DNA of 61,431 nucleotides, filler included. It is 5 parts of 5 records of this genome, joined end to end, with 100 filler letters (N's around TTAATTAATTAA, not from the genome) between each part and the next. Parts side by side here need not be neighbours in the genome. Positions count along the whole stretch, not along the records: positions 5,546 to 19,845 come from SRR20825010_1372; positions 19,946 to 32,972 come from SRR20825010_1374; 3 more parts are not named here. One strand, 5' to 3'. Below the pieces are notes generated by a model that was given only the letters and a program-made list of their open reading frames with translations, was not told the DNA's origin and did no database searches. A program made the translations under genes and the position numbers. Below, piece by piece: positions 16,883-25,804 of the stretch. The number at the start of each line of letters is the position of its first letter. Position 1 is the stretch's first letter.

Positions 16883-18184
16883 ATGGTGCTGGCGCGGTTT
16901 CAGCAGTGGTATACCCAGTTACGTTCCAGCATGTGGTTGCTGCCAGCCTGTTTTCTGGTGGCTGCATCGCTGCTGGCCTTTATCCTCACGGCCATCCCCG
17001 GCGAGTTGCCGGATGCCAGGGAGCATTGGTGGGCTTACCTGCTGGCGGTAAACCCGGAAGGTGCCAGCGCGGTGCTGACCACCATCGCCGGTTCCATGAT
17101 CACCGTGGCCGGCGTGACCTTCTCCATTACCATGCTGGTGTTGGCCCAGGCGGCCAGCCAGTATTCCCCGCGCCTGCTACGCGATTACATGGCCGACCGG
17201 ATCAACCAGTTAACCCTGGCGGTGATTGTGGGCGTATTCGCCTACTGCCTGTTGGTGCTGAGGAGTCTGCCCGCCGATTCCCTGTTGCTGGGGCATGGTA
17301 TTGCCGTGATGGTGGCGCTACTGGGCGCGTTCGTCGGGCTGGCGCTGCTGATCTATTTTATTCACCACATTGCCAGCTCTATCCAGGTGTCCCAGGTGGT
17401 GGCAAAAATCACCGAAGACACCCAGGCAGCCATTGCCCAGCGATACGATCAGGCGTTCGGGCGGGTTGCCGAAAATCCGGCGGCATTGCGAGCGGAGGCG
17501 GTGGTGGTGGATCCCGATGGTGATGGTTATAGCCATAAGCCGGGCGGGCATCCGTTAGCGGCGCCGCTCACCGGGTTTGTGCAACAGGTGTACCTGAACG
17601 GCCTGGTCAAGGAAGCCGATGCCCAGGGGCAGGTCGTTACCATGCGTGTGGCGGTGGGCGAGTTTGTGGTGCAGGGGCAGCCATTGTTGTACCTGCATGG
17701 CCCGGGCTGGGGAGAAGAGCGATGCGCGGCGTTGTTGCGTTGTTACGTGATCAACCGTCACCGCACCATCGAGCAGGATCCTGCCTTTGGCATCCGCCAG
17801 CTGGTGGATATTGCCATTAAAGCCCTGTCCCCGGGGATCAACGATTCCACCACTGCCGAGCAATGCGTGTTGTACCTGGGGGCGGTGATTGCGGACCTGT
17901 CCGGTCGCCATATGCCGGAGCCCTTTCGGCGGGTGAATGGGCAGCTGCGGCTGCAATGCCAGCAGCGAGACTTCGCCGACTATGTGGAGGCCGCCTTTGC
18001 GCAGATCGCCCGCAATGCCCGGGGCAATCTGGCAGTTTTGGCCACGCTGGGTAGCTCGCTGGCCATGCTGGAACGCACGGTGCCGGCTGAGAGGGTGGGC
18101 CCTATACAGCAGCAACGACGCCACTGGGTCACACAGGTGCGAGATAGCCTGTCGCGGGAAGACCAGCTGACCCTGAAGATTTGA
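16883..18184 (+). CDS. DUF2254 membrane protein
   Basis: TIAGSMITVAGVTFSIT, SQYSPRLL, QDPAFGIRQLVDIAIKALSPGIND. Confidence 0.9.
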   Translation: MVLARFQQWYTQLRSSMWLLPACFLVAASLLAFILTAIPGELPDAREHWWAYLLAVNPEGASAVLTTIAGSMITVAGVTFSITMLVLAQAASQYSPRLLRDYMADRINQLTLAVIVGVFAYCLLVLRSLPADSLLLGHGIAVMVALLGAFVGLALLIYFIHHIASSIQVSQVVAKITEDTQAAIAQRYDQAFGRVAENPAALRAEAVVVDPDGDGYSHKPGGHPLAAPLTGFVQQVYLNGLVKEADAQGQVVTMRVAVGEFVVQGQPLLYLHGPGWGEERCAALLRCYVINRHRTIEQDPAFGIRQLVDIAIKALSPGINDSTTAEQCVLYLGAVIADLSGRHMPEPFRRVNGQLRLQCQQRDFADYVEAAFAQIARNARGNLAVLATLGSSLAMLERTVPAERVGPIQQQRRHWVTQVRDSLSREDQLTLKI

Positions 18185-18225
18185 AAGGGCTGCACTCACA
18201 AGGTCGGCTTGAGTGCTCGTTATAC

Positions 18226-18258
18226 TCATGGGATGATTTCTTTGAATTCATAGGATGA
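18226..18258. promoter_or_regulatory. Paired putative FadR-type operators
   Basis: TCATGGGATGA (18226-18236) and TCATAGGATGA (18248-18258), each a TCAT-N3-ATGA palindrome, 22 bp apart, before the regulator ATG. Confidence 0.6.
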
Positions 18259-18262
18259 CCAC

Positions 18263-18937
18263 ATGAATAAAGCGAAATTACCTCGTCTTTCTCTGGTGGA
18301 TAGCGCGGTGGCTGAATTACGCAGCGCCGTGGCGCGTGGTGAGTGGCCGGTGGGCGAGCGCATTCCCACCGAACCCCGGCTCAGTGAGCAATTCGGCGTG
18401 GGGCGCAACACGGTGCGTGAAGCCGTGCGGGTGCTGGTGCATGCGGGGCTGCTGGAAACCCGGCAGGGCGACGGCACCTATGTGCGCGCCCGGCTGGACC
18501 CCACCGAAGCATTGCGAAGGATGGAGCGCAGTACCCTGCGCGATCAGCTGGAAATGCGGATGGCGTTGGAAGCCGAGGCCGCTCGGCTGGCAGCCCAGCG
18601 CCGTGATGGGCCTGATCTGGACGCCATGCACTCCGCGTTGGCGGCACGCGGTGCAGCGGGGGACAACCTGCCCCTGCGCATTCAGCATGATCGCGCTTTT
18701 CACCAGGCCATGATTGCCGCGGCCCATAACCGGGCGCTGGCGGAGCTGTACCGCTATTTCAGTGAAGCGGTGGCGCGCACCATTGCGCGCACGGAATACG
18801 ATGACTCTCTGCCGGAACCCAGCCAGCAAGACCATGAAACCTTACTGGCGGCGGTGGAGCGGGGCGATGCGTCCGCCGCCGAGCAGCAGGTGCGGGCGAT
18901 GCTGGCGCCTGCGCTGGCGGCGTTGCAGGCGTTCTGA
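18263..18937 (+). CDS. GntR/FadR-family transcriptional regulator
   Basis: GERIPTE..LSEQFGVGRNTVREA..RQGDGTYV HTH; FCD domain DRAFH..AHN. Confidence 0.93.
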   Translation: MNKAKLPRLSLVDSAVAELRSAVARGEWPVGERIPTEPRLSEQFGVGRNTVREAVRVLVHAGLLETRQGDGTYVRARLDPTEALRRMERSTLRDQLEMRMALEAEAARLAAQRRDGPDLDAMHSALAARGAAGDNLPLRIQHDRAFHQAMIAAAHNRALAELYRYFSEAVARTIARTEYDDSLPEPSQQDHETLLAAVERGDASAAEQQVRAMLAPALAALQAF

Positions 18938-19845
18938 TGATGGGGCTGTTGCGCCGGCTGGATGGCTTTACCCTGCTACTGTTAATGGTGATTGTCGCTG
19001 CCACGGTGTGGCCGGCTGGTGGTGGCCTGGCAATGGGGCTGTCGCAGCTGTCTACGCTGGCAGTGGCGGTGCTGTTCTTTGTGCACGGGGCGGCGCTGTC
19101 TCGCAAACAGGTGCTGGCCGGGGCGACTCACTGGCGGTTGCATCTGTTCATTTCCTCGCTGACCTTTGTGGTCTTCCCGTTGGCGGTGTTGCCGGTGACC
19201 TTGCTGGCACCGCAGTGGATTCCGCCAGAACTGGCGTTGGGCTTTCTGTATCTGGGGGTGTTGCCCTCCGCTGTCTCCTCTTCCATCGCGTTCACTGCCA
19301 TGGCGCGGGGCAATGTGCCGGCAGCGGTATGCAGTGCTGCGGCCTCCAATGTGTTCGGCATGATGCTCACCCCTTTCCTGTTGATGTTGATGGTGTCCGC
19401 CAGCGGTGATGGTGCCTTTGATGTTGCAGGGGCGCTGAAAGGGATCATCCTGCAGCTGCTGCTGCCGTTTGCCCTCGGGCAGTTGCTGCGCCCGAAACTG
19501 GTGGAGCTGTTAACACGTTGGCCCGGTTTTATAGGCCGTTACGATCAGGGCGTGATTATGCTGATCGTGTATGTGGCCTTTTCGGAGTCGGTGAACGAAG
19601 GCCTGTGGCAGCAGTTGCCGGTGGCGTCGTTGTTGCTGGCGGTGGGCTTGTGCTTGTTGTTGCTGGCACTGGTGATTGGTTTATCCATGTTGTTGGCGCG
19701 GCGTCTGGGCTTGAGCCTGGCGGATGAAATCGCGGCGGTGTTTTGTGGTTCGAAGAAAAGCCTGGCCTCCGGTTTGCCCATGGCCAAGGTACTGTTCGTG
19801 GCCAATCCCGGCTTCGGCATGATCGTGCTGCCGATCATGTGCTAC
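18937..19845 (+). CDS. Bile acid:sodium symporter family (YfeH-like), 3' truncated
   Basis: LFFVHGAALS, LPS..SSIAFT..ARGNV, FCGSKKSLASG. Confidence 0.9.
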
Positions 19846-19945
19846 NNNNNNNNNNNNNNNNNNNNNNNNNNNNNNNNNNNNNNNNNNNNTTAATTAATTA
19901 ANNNNNNNNNNNNNNNNNNNNNNNNNNNNNNNNNNNNNNNNNNNN
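19846..19945. other. Artificial contig spacer
   Basis: 44 N + TTAATTAATTAA + 44 N. Confidence 0.99.
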
Positions 19946-20021
19946 GGAGCGTAGCGCAGCCCGGTAGCGCACTTGTCTGGGGGACAAGGGGTCGTCGGTT
20001 CGAATCCGGCCGCTCCGACCA
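19946..20021 (+). tRNA. tRNA-Pro(GGG); first nucleotide cut off by the contig edge
   Basis: Anticodon arm CTTGT-CTGGGGG-ACAAG, T-loop GGTTCGAATCC, 3' ACCA. Confidence 0.95.
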
Positions 20022-20028
20022 TTAGATT

Positions 20029-20073
20029 GGGGCCAATGAGCAAAGTCGTCTGACTGGCACATTGGCCCCTTTT
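20029..20073 (+). terminator. Hairpin/terminator after the tRNA
   Basis: GGGGCCAATG...CATTGGCCCC-TTTT. Confidence 0.6.
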
Positions 20074-20247
20074 CTCAATAAGGCGCTTGGTGCAATCTGG
20101 CGTCTCACCTGATTTGGAGTCGCCGTATCATGATGACCGTTCTTCCCATCGTCGTTCTTCTCGTTGCTATCCTCGTCCTCAACAAGACACAGACCGGCAG
20201 CTTCTTCTAAGAGACGGGAGAGATCCGGATCGACCGGTCGGGGGGCT

Positions 20248-20469
20248 TCAAGCCTCGGCGTCGGGGCGCAGCATCCAGATCATGACCCAGCGGAACGGCA
20301 GCGCCCAGATCGTTCCAGCAATCAGGTAATAGGCAAATTGCACGGCACCATGTTCCGGCAGGTGGCCGCTCACAGCGATCGTCATGATCAGCAGCGAGTA
20401 GAAGAACAAGAACGTCAGCAAGAACAGCGTGCCGATCAGCTTCCGGATTTTGAGGGGCAGTTTGGGCAT
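20248..20469 (-). CDS. DUF2842 small membrane protein
   Basis: RKLIG..two TM helices..YY.IAG..WALP..WM.RPD. Confidence 0.85.
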   Translation of the reverse strand: MPKLPLKIRKLIGTLFLLTFLFFYSLLIMTIAVSGHLPEHGAVQFAYYLIAGTIWALPFRWVMIWMLRPDAEA

Positions 20470-20504
20470 TTATGGCTCTCCGTTATTGGCCTTTTCTTAG
20501 GCCA

Positions 20505-21518
20505 TCACGGCTTGTGAGGCAAAGCCTCTCGTATTTTGCATAGTAATTGCTTCAGACGAGGGCGTGTTCCATCCGTAGCAATTTCGGGCGGCGTCTCCTC
20601 AATCACGGGTGCGGCGACCGGGCCGGATTTGGGCGGCGTAAACATATTGGTAAGCGGCACGAACACACTGGAAAATTGCTTGAAGTTCTTTTTCAGATAT
20701 TGCCGCACCTGCTCATTATCTTTGGGAATATGCGCAGGTGTTGTGTGTGGCCATGTAGAGGTCGTTGGCGGTTCGCCATATCCCAACAGTGCTTTTCCAT
20801 GCTCATCTAGATCGTTCATCCAGCCGATATTGACGTAGACCGGTTCGCCGACTTTTCCGCCGCGATTGACCTGAAAATGGAATGACTGGCGAGCTTGAGC
20901 GGGAATATCCATTGGACGTGCCCGATGTAGCAGGCGTCCGTCATAAATGACATATGAGCCTTTAGGCATTGGAAAGCGGCGGATGGAACTTTGTGAGACA
21001 AGTTTTTGGTCGTTCTCAGGCGAGCCAAGGTAAGTCTCGTGCCAGCGATGCGAGCCTTCCACAATCTCGAAGGCACCGTCATCCACATCACACATGTAGA
21101 AAATGAAACCCAGTCCATCGATTTGTCCGGGTACTAAGCTTTGTGAACCAACGTCACTGTGAAAGGACATATAGTTGCCGAAGCGGGTTTCATAGATTCT
21201 CTTACCGACAATCCGATGGGATGGGCCGAGTAACGCATCACAAATGCTGGTAATGCGCCTATGAGTGACAAGGTTGAATGCCACGCGGCTCAGGGCCATG
21301 AAGTGGTTTTGATAGGTCTGGTGCTTTGAAATGACCGGATTGAGTGTGTTTACATTGAACCGGAAGTCCAGTCCGCCAATGTCAGACATGATCGTGTCGA
21401 TAGCTTCGGCATTCACTGCGCGTTCGCAGGCGAAAATACCGTTCTCTTGGATTTCGCGTACAATTTCGTCAATGTTGGTGTCAAGAAACTCGTCCGAGAA
21501 GATCTTCATGTAGCTCAC
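20505..21518 (-). CDS. PhyH-like Fe(II)/2-oxoglutarate dioxygenase
   Basis: FHSD (HxD), GAFEIVEGSH, DGRLLHRA, distal R; GTG at 21518 overlaps the methyltransferase stop (alternative ATG at 21509). Confidence 0.8.
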   Translation of the reverse strand: MSYMKIFSDEFLDTNIDEIVREIQENGIFACERAVNAEAIDTIMSDIGGLDFRFNVNTLNPVISKHQTYQNHFMALSRVAFNLVTHRRITSICDALLGPSHRIVGKRIYETRFGNYMSFHSDVGSQSLVPGQIDGLGFIFYMCDVDDGAFEIVEGSHRWHETYLGSPENDQKLVSQSSIRRFPMPKGSYVIYDGRLLHRARPMDIPAQARQSFHFQVNRGGKVGEPVYVNIGWMNDLDEHGKALLGYGEPPTTSTWPHTTPAHIPKDNEQVRQYLKKNFKQFSSVFVPLTNMFTPPKSGPVAAPVIEETPPEIATDGTRPRLKQLLCKIREALPHKP

Positions 21519-22222
21519 CGTGTCTTGGTTTTTTCGATCACTGTCAGCGTGTCCAGATAGACTCGTTCTTTTCCGTCCTTGTATTCGGGGTAGAAGCCCT
21601 CGCTCGTGCCGAACTGCGCACGTATAGTGAGGCCATGGCTCTCGACCATTTTGTCGAACCATTCCTTTGTAACGTTCGAGCGGTTCAGCGGCACATGTGT
21701 TCCCAGATTACCGTGCTGTATGAAGGCGATACCGCTTTCCGTCATTTTCTCGGCGAACTGGGAGATATATTTTTCGACCAGTCCTGACGAGATATGGACA
21801 AAGACACCCCATGAGAAAATCAGGTCAAGCGAGTTGTCCGGGATGAAGTCGATGCTCGCGTCATCGGTGATATGGAAATCAATATTATGGTAATATTTAT
21901 ATCGCTCGCGGCAGACCTCGATCACACTTTCGCTGATATCGACCAGATGCATATGCTTGGCAACGCGCAATAGCTCTGCTGTCCAGCGCCCGCCGCCGGG
22001 GCCGATTTCCAATCCGGCGTTTAGTTTTGCAGGCAAAAAGGGCCTGACCAGTCGGTCGAAGGTCTGGCCAGTTGCACGATAATCTTTGATAGGGGCTTCT
22101 TTGGACCAGCGATTTCCGTATTGGAGTTCTTCTGACCAATATTCCTTGGTTGCGTATACCTTTCGCATCCAGTCCGCGTTCTGCTGGTCGTTTTCCAACG
22201 CAGTTTTTTTATAGTCCGACAT
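21515..22222 (-). CDS. Class I SAM-dependent methyltransferase
   Basis: LEIGPGGGRW, LVDIS, DLIFSWGVFVH. Confidence 0.9.
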   Translation of the reverse strand: MSDYKKTALENDQQNADWMRKVYATKEYWSEELQYGNRWSKEAPIKDYRATGQTFDRLVRPFLPAKLNAGLEIGPGGGRWTAELLRVAKHMHLVDISESVIEVCRERYKYYHNIDFHITDDASIDFIPDNSLDLIFSWGVFVHISSGLVEKYISQFAEKMTESGIAFIQHGNLGTHVPLNRSNVTKEWFDKMVESHGLTIRAQFGTSEGFYPEYKDGKERVYLDTLTVIEKTKTR

Positions 22223-22413
22223 TCATATAGCTCCGTGCGGGCATTTTGAAAGCGAGGGGCCAACAGATTGCGCTGTTTTCGCAACACGGCATAAAGGGTC
22301 TGCAATATAATACAGACGGACACGCCAAAAATTTATCGTTGAATAGTCCCCCATATAGCCAGTGTGAAAGGCTGAAGTCTGTGGGTCAACTGATGGTTTT
22401 AAGTGACGTTATT

Positions 22414-22899
22414 TTAGTGGCTCAGATTTGCGGGGACGCGGAAGTGGTTGAACCATGAAACGCGGACTTGTTCGTCTTGTGGCGTGTATCCGACCAGCAC
22501 AAACCCGATGCGTCGGGACAGTGGCCGTTGCCCGATATTGGGGGCCTGAAACACGGCGGCCATTCCGGCAATTTTTTCGTCCAGATGGTCGAGCGCATAG
22601 CTCTCGATGAGATTGCGGGTTTCGAGGCCGAGATCGATGCTGAAGTCGTGCTTTCTATATTCCGGACGGACAGCCTCGCGCAGGAAGGCGAACTTTTGCT
22701 CCAGAGCTGCCATGTGGCGCACGATCAGGGTCGAAATACCAATAACGCGACTGTCCTCATAGGCCACCAATGCTAGTTCTTTGGACCTTTCCTGCATGCT
22801 CTCGGCAGGGATCAGGTTGAGTTCAGTCCAGAACGCAATTGCATCGGCTTCCAATACGGGGTCGTCTTTTTGCCACGCCGCTTTGAATGTAATTGTCAT
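22414..22899 (-). CDS. Hypothetical GNAT-like protein, paralog D
   Basis: VRPEYRK motif; shared family motifs AW..DP.LEA.A, ELAL.AY, GYT...EQVRV.WF.HF. Confidence 0.7.
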   Translation of the reverse strand: MTITFKAAWQKDDPVLEADAIAFWTELNLIPAESMQERSKELALVAYEDSRVIGISTLIVRHMAALEQKFAFLREAVRPEYRKHDFSIDLGLETRNLIESYALDHLDEKIAGMAAVFQAPNIGQRPLSRRIGFVLVGYTPQDEQVRVSWFNHFRVPANLSH

Positions 22900-22921
22900 G
22901 TTGGATGTGGTCCTGTCACAT

Positions 22922-23431
22922 TCATGAATAGGCGTTTTTTTGTTTTGGACGAACTACGACGTGACCGAACCATGCAACGCGCACTTGTTCTTTCCTGACT
23001 GTGTAGCCGATCAAGGCAAGCTTGCCTGCTGGCAGAACAGGCAATTCTCCGCCGCCTGGCTTTTTTAAGATCGTGGCCATGCCGAATATACCTTCGTCGG
23101 GGTGGCTTTCGGCATAGGCCTCGATCATATCGCGCGTACGCTGTGTAATCTCGTCGGACAAGGCCGCATCTTTTTCATATCCCGAACGGAGTGCGATGCG
23201 GATGAAGGCTAACTTTTGTTTCACGCGATCCAGCATACGAACGTCCAGCATCGATACTGCCACCACTTTTTGACCGGCATAGGCGATTAACGCCATTTGC
23301 GCGGCTCGGTCATTTTCGTTTGCTTGTTCGTCGTCTTCGGCAGGAATTCCACGAAGGAAAGCGGCTGCGTCCGCTATCAATTTTTCGTCATTGATACGCC
23401 AGCCGATTTTGTAGGTGATCTCGTCTGCCAT
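22922..23431 (-). CDS. Hypothetical GNAT-like protein, paralog C (most divergent)
   Basis: MALIAY, QKLAFIR, HPDE.I.GMA, IGYT..EQVRVAWFGH; motif A degenerate (LRSGYEK). Confidence 0.7.
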   Translation of the reverse strand: MADEITYKIGWRINDEKLIADAAAFLRGIPAEDDEQANENDRAAQMALIAYAGQKVVAVSMLDVRMLDRVKQKLAFIRIALRSGYEKDAALSDEITQRTRDMIEAYAESHPDEGIFGMATILKKPGGGELPVLPAGKLALIGYTVRKEQVRVAWFGHVVVRPKQKNAYS

Positions 23432-23512
23432 TTATCGGCTGTCCTGTTCGGCGGGGTACCCGTTTGCTCATCCTATAGCAAGGCAGGTTGGTTGTGCGGT
23501 CGGGAAACGGAA

Positions 23513-24013
23513 TTAGTTTTTGGTGTAGTTCGGCGCGTTTGGCGGCACTTCGAAGTGGTTGAACCATGAAACGCGGACTTGCTCGTTCTGTGGTGTATAC
23601 CCGATCAGTGTGTGTCCTATTTCGCGCCCTATAGGATACTTGCCAATACCGGGCACTATGAGGACGGATGCCACTCCTGCAATTTGTTCTTCAGGATGCG
23701 TCTTGGCATAATCTTGGATCATGGTGAACGTGTTGCGTAGCAATACGCGTCCGATATCCAGTTTGCGGAATTCGGGCAAAACGTTCAGGCGAACAAAGGC
23801 GAATTTCTGGCGCAGATAGTCAAAGTGCATGACGTTAAGTGTCGAGATGGCGGCGAGTTTGTTATCCTGATAGGCGATCAAGGCGATTTCCTTGGCGCGT
23901 TCGTCGGGTGTGGTCTGGTCGGGCAGAACGCCAGTGGCCTCCCATATTTGTTTGGCCTCGGCTTCGAGTTTTGGATCGTTTTTGCGCCAGGCGGTCACAA
24001 ATCTGGTGGTCAT
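23513..24013 (-). CDS. Hypothetical GNAT-like protein, paralog B
   Basis: VLPEFRKLDIGRVLL resembles acetyl-CoA-binding motif A. Confidence 0.7.
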   Translation of the reverse strand: MTTRFVTAWRKNDPKLEAEAKQIWEATGVLPDQTTPDERAKEIALIAYQDNKLAAISTLNVMHFDYLRQKFAFVRLNVLPEFRKLDIGRVLLRNTFTMIQDYAKTHPEEQIAGVASVLIVPGIGKYPIGREIGHTLIGYTPQNEQVRVSWFNHFEVPPNAPNYTKN

Positions 24014-24045
24014 TATCTGTCTCTTCTTGCGGTCGTGAGGGGATA

Positions 24046-24546
24046 TTATCCCCGTTTATAATTTGGAGCGTTGGGTGGCACCTTGAAATGGTCAAACCAT
24101 GCCACGCGGATCTGTTCGTTTTCCGGTGTATATCCGATCAATGTAAGTTTAGTTTCGCGTCCAATCGGATTGGTCCCGATGCCGGGCACCATGAAGATTG
24201 TCGCCAGTCCTGCAATTTGTTCTTCAGGATGTTCCTTGGCGTAATCTTGGATCATCTTGAAGGTTGCCCGCACCAGTTCTCGACCGATTTCCTGCTTGCG
24301 GAATTCGGGTAATACGGTTTCGCGCGCAAATGCAAAATTCTGCCGCAAATAGTCGAAGTGTGTGACCTTGAGCGTCGATACAGCAGCCAATTTGTCATCC
24401 TGGTAGCCGATCAGGGCAATTTCCTTGGCGCGTTTGTCCGGTGATACACTATCGGGGAGAATGCCGGTTGCGTCCCATATTTGCTTCGCCTCTGCTTCAA
24501 GTTTTGGGTCATTCTTACGCCAAGCGGTCACAAATTTAGTGCTCAT
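24046..24546 (-). CDS. Hypothetical GNAT-like protein, paralog A
   Basis: VLPEFRKQEIGRELV; about 75% identical to paralog B by manual count. Confidence 0.7.
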   Translation of the reverse strand: MSTKFVTAWRKNDPKLEAEAKQIWDATGILPDSVSPDKRAKEIALIGYQDDKLAAVSTLKVTHFDYLRQNFAFARETVLPEFRKQEIGRELVRATFKMIQDYAKEHPEEQIAGLATIFMVPGIGTNPIGRETKLTLIGYTPENEQIRVAWFDHFKVPPNAPNYKRG

Positions 24547-24701
24547 TGTCTTTCTCTTTCGGCCATCGGTTCGTTGATTAGCACCCTCAGATTCGTTAAG
24601 GCAGCTTATCGGAAAATCATGTTCCCTGCATGTTCTGAAATTCCTGACCAGCGGCAGTCTGTCACTGGTCTTTTTTCTTCAGTTCGGGCTATCAATTTGC
24701 C

Positions 24702-25748
24702 ATGACTGAAACGCTTTCCGCTTCAAAATATCCGGTTGCCGCAGGGCGGCAGGTCGCGCTCTGGCTTTTTGCCGTAGCTGCGCTGATTTTTATTATGGTT
24801 GTTGTCGGTGGCCTGACGCGGCTTACCGAATCCGGCTTGTCCATCACAGAATGGAAGCCGGTTACCGGTGCCTTGCCACCCTTTGGTGACAAGGCATGGG
24901 ACGAGGCTTTTGCGGCATATAAACAAATCCCCCAATACGAACTTGTGAACAAAGGCATGAGCCTTTCGGAGTTCAAGGAAATTTTCTGGTGGGAATGGAG
25001 CCATCGCTTTTTAGGTCGCTTTATCGGTTTTGCTTTTCTTGTGCCGTTTCTTTGGTTCCTTGCCACACGTCGCATCACGCGCGAAATGGCGCCGCGTCTT
25101 GCCTTCATGTTTGTGCTGGGTGGTGCGCAAGGTGCGCTCGGCTGGTGGATGGTAAAGAGCGGGCTTACTCATCGTATCGATGTCAGCCAGTACCGGCTGA
25201 CCGCGCATCTCGGTCTCGCGACTTTCATCTATGGCTATATGCTTTGGGTGGCGCTGGCGCTCTGGCGTGATGCACCTCGTGTTGATGTCGGTGTGCGGTT
25301 GCGCAAGGCTTCGCTTTGGCTTGTCGGTCTGGTGTTTCTTCAGATGCTGCTGGGCGCTTTCGTGGCAGGTCTGAAAGCCGGCTATATTTACAACACTTGG
25401 CCGCTCATCAACGGTGCCTTCATTCCAGAGGGCTTGTTTGTACATGAGGTCTGGTGGCGCAATTTCTTTGAAAATATGCTCACCGCCCAGTTCGATCACC
25501 GCATGGTGGCCTATCTGCTGACCGGACTTGTCGCGTGGCATTGGATTGCGGTGCGGCGGAGTGGTGATCGTCTTGCGACGCAGAGTGCGGGGTGGCTTGT
25601 ATTGGCTGTTGTTGCGCAAGTCGTGCTCGGCATCTGGGCGCTTTTATGGGTTGTGCCTATTCCGCTCGGGGCCGCACATCAGGCCGGAGCGCTTGTCGTG
25701 CTCACCGCGGCTCTGGTCCACGCGCGGCGTCTTAATCCCGCTTCATAA
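24702..25748 (+). CDS. ctaA: Heme A synthase (COX15/CtaA)
   Basis: VGGLTRLTESGLSITEW, EWSHR, VSQYRLTAHL, FDHR, AHQ. Confidence 0.95.
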   Translation: MTETLSASKYPVAAGRQVALWLFAVAALIFIMVVVGGLTRLTESGLSITEWKPVTGALPPFGDKAWDEAFAAYKQIPQYELVNKGMSLSEFKEIFWWEWSHRFLGRFIGFAFLVPFLWFLATRRITREMAPRLAFMFVLGGAQGALGWWMVKSGLTHRIDVSQYRLTAHLGLATFIYGYMLWVALALWRDAPRVDVGVRLRKASLWLVGLVFLQMLLGAFVAGLKAGYIYNTWPLINGAFIPEGLFVHEVWWRNFFENMLTAQFDHRMVAYLLTGLVAWHWIAVRRSGDRLATQSAGWLVLAVVAQVVLGIWALLWVVPIPLGAAHQAGALVVLTAALVHARRLNPAS

Positions 25749-25783
25749 AAAAGCCATGGCCTGTGTGAGCGGGCCATGGCTTT
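25747..25783. terminator. Bidirectional terminator
   Basis: AAAGCCATGGCC..GGCCATGGCTTT between convergent genes. Confidence 0.8.
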
Positions 25784-25804
25784 GATTTTTTATCTTGCTG
25801 CGGA

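Noticed and set aside
19946-24546. tRNA-Pro-anchored integrative element
   Set aside because: No integrase, no duplicated tRNA 3' end seen, and DUF2842 lies between the tRNA and the islet
22414-24546. Diversity-generating retroelement or CRISPR explanation for the repeats
   Set aside because: No reverse transcriptase or cas genes, differences are not adenine-specific, and the repeats are whole coding paralogs
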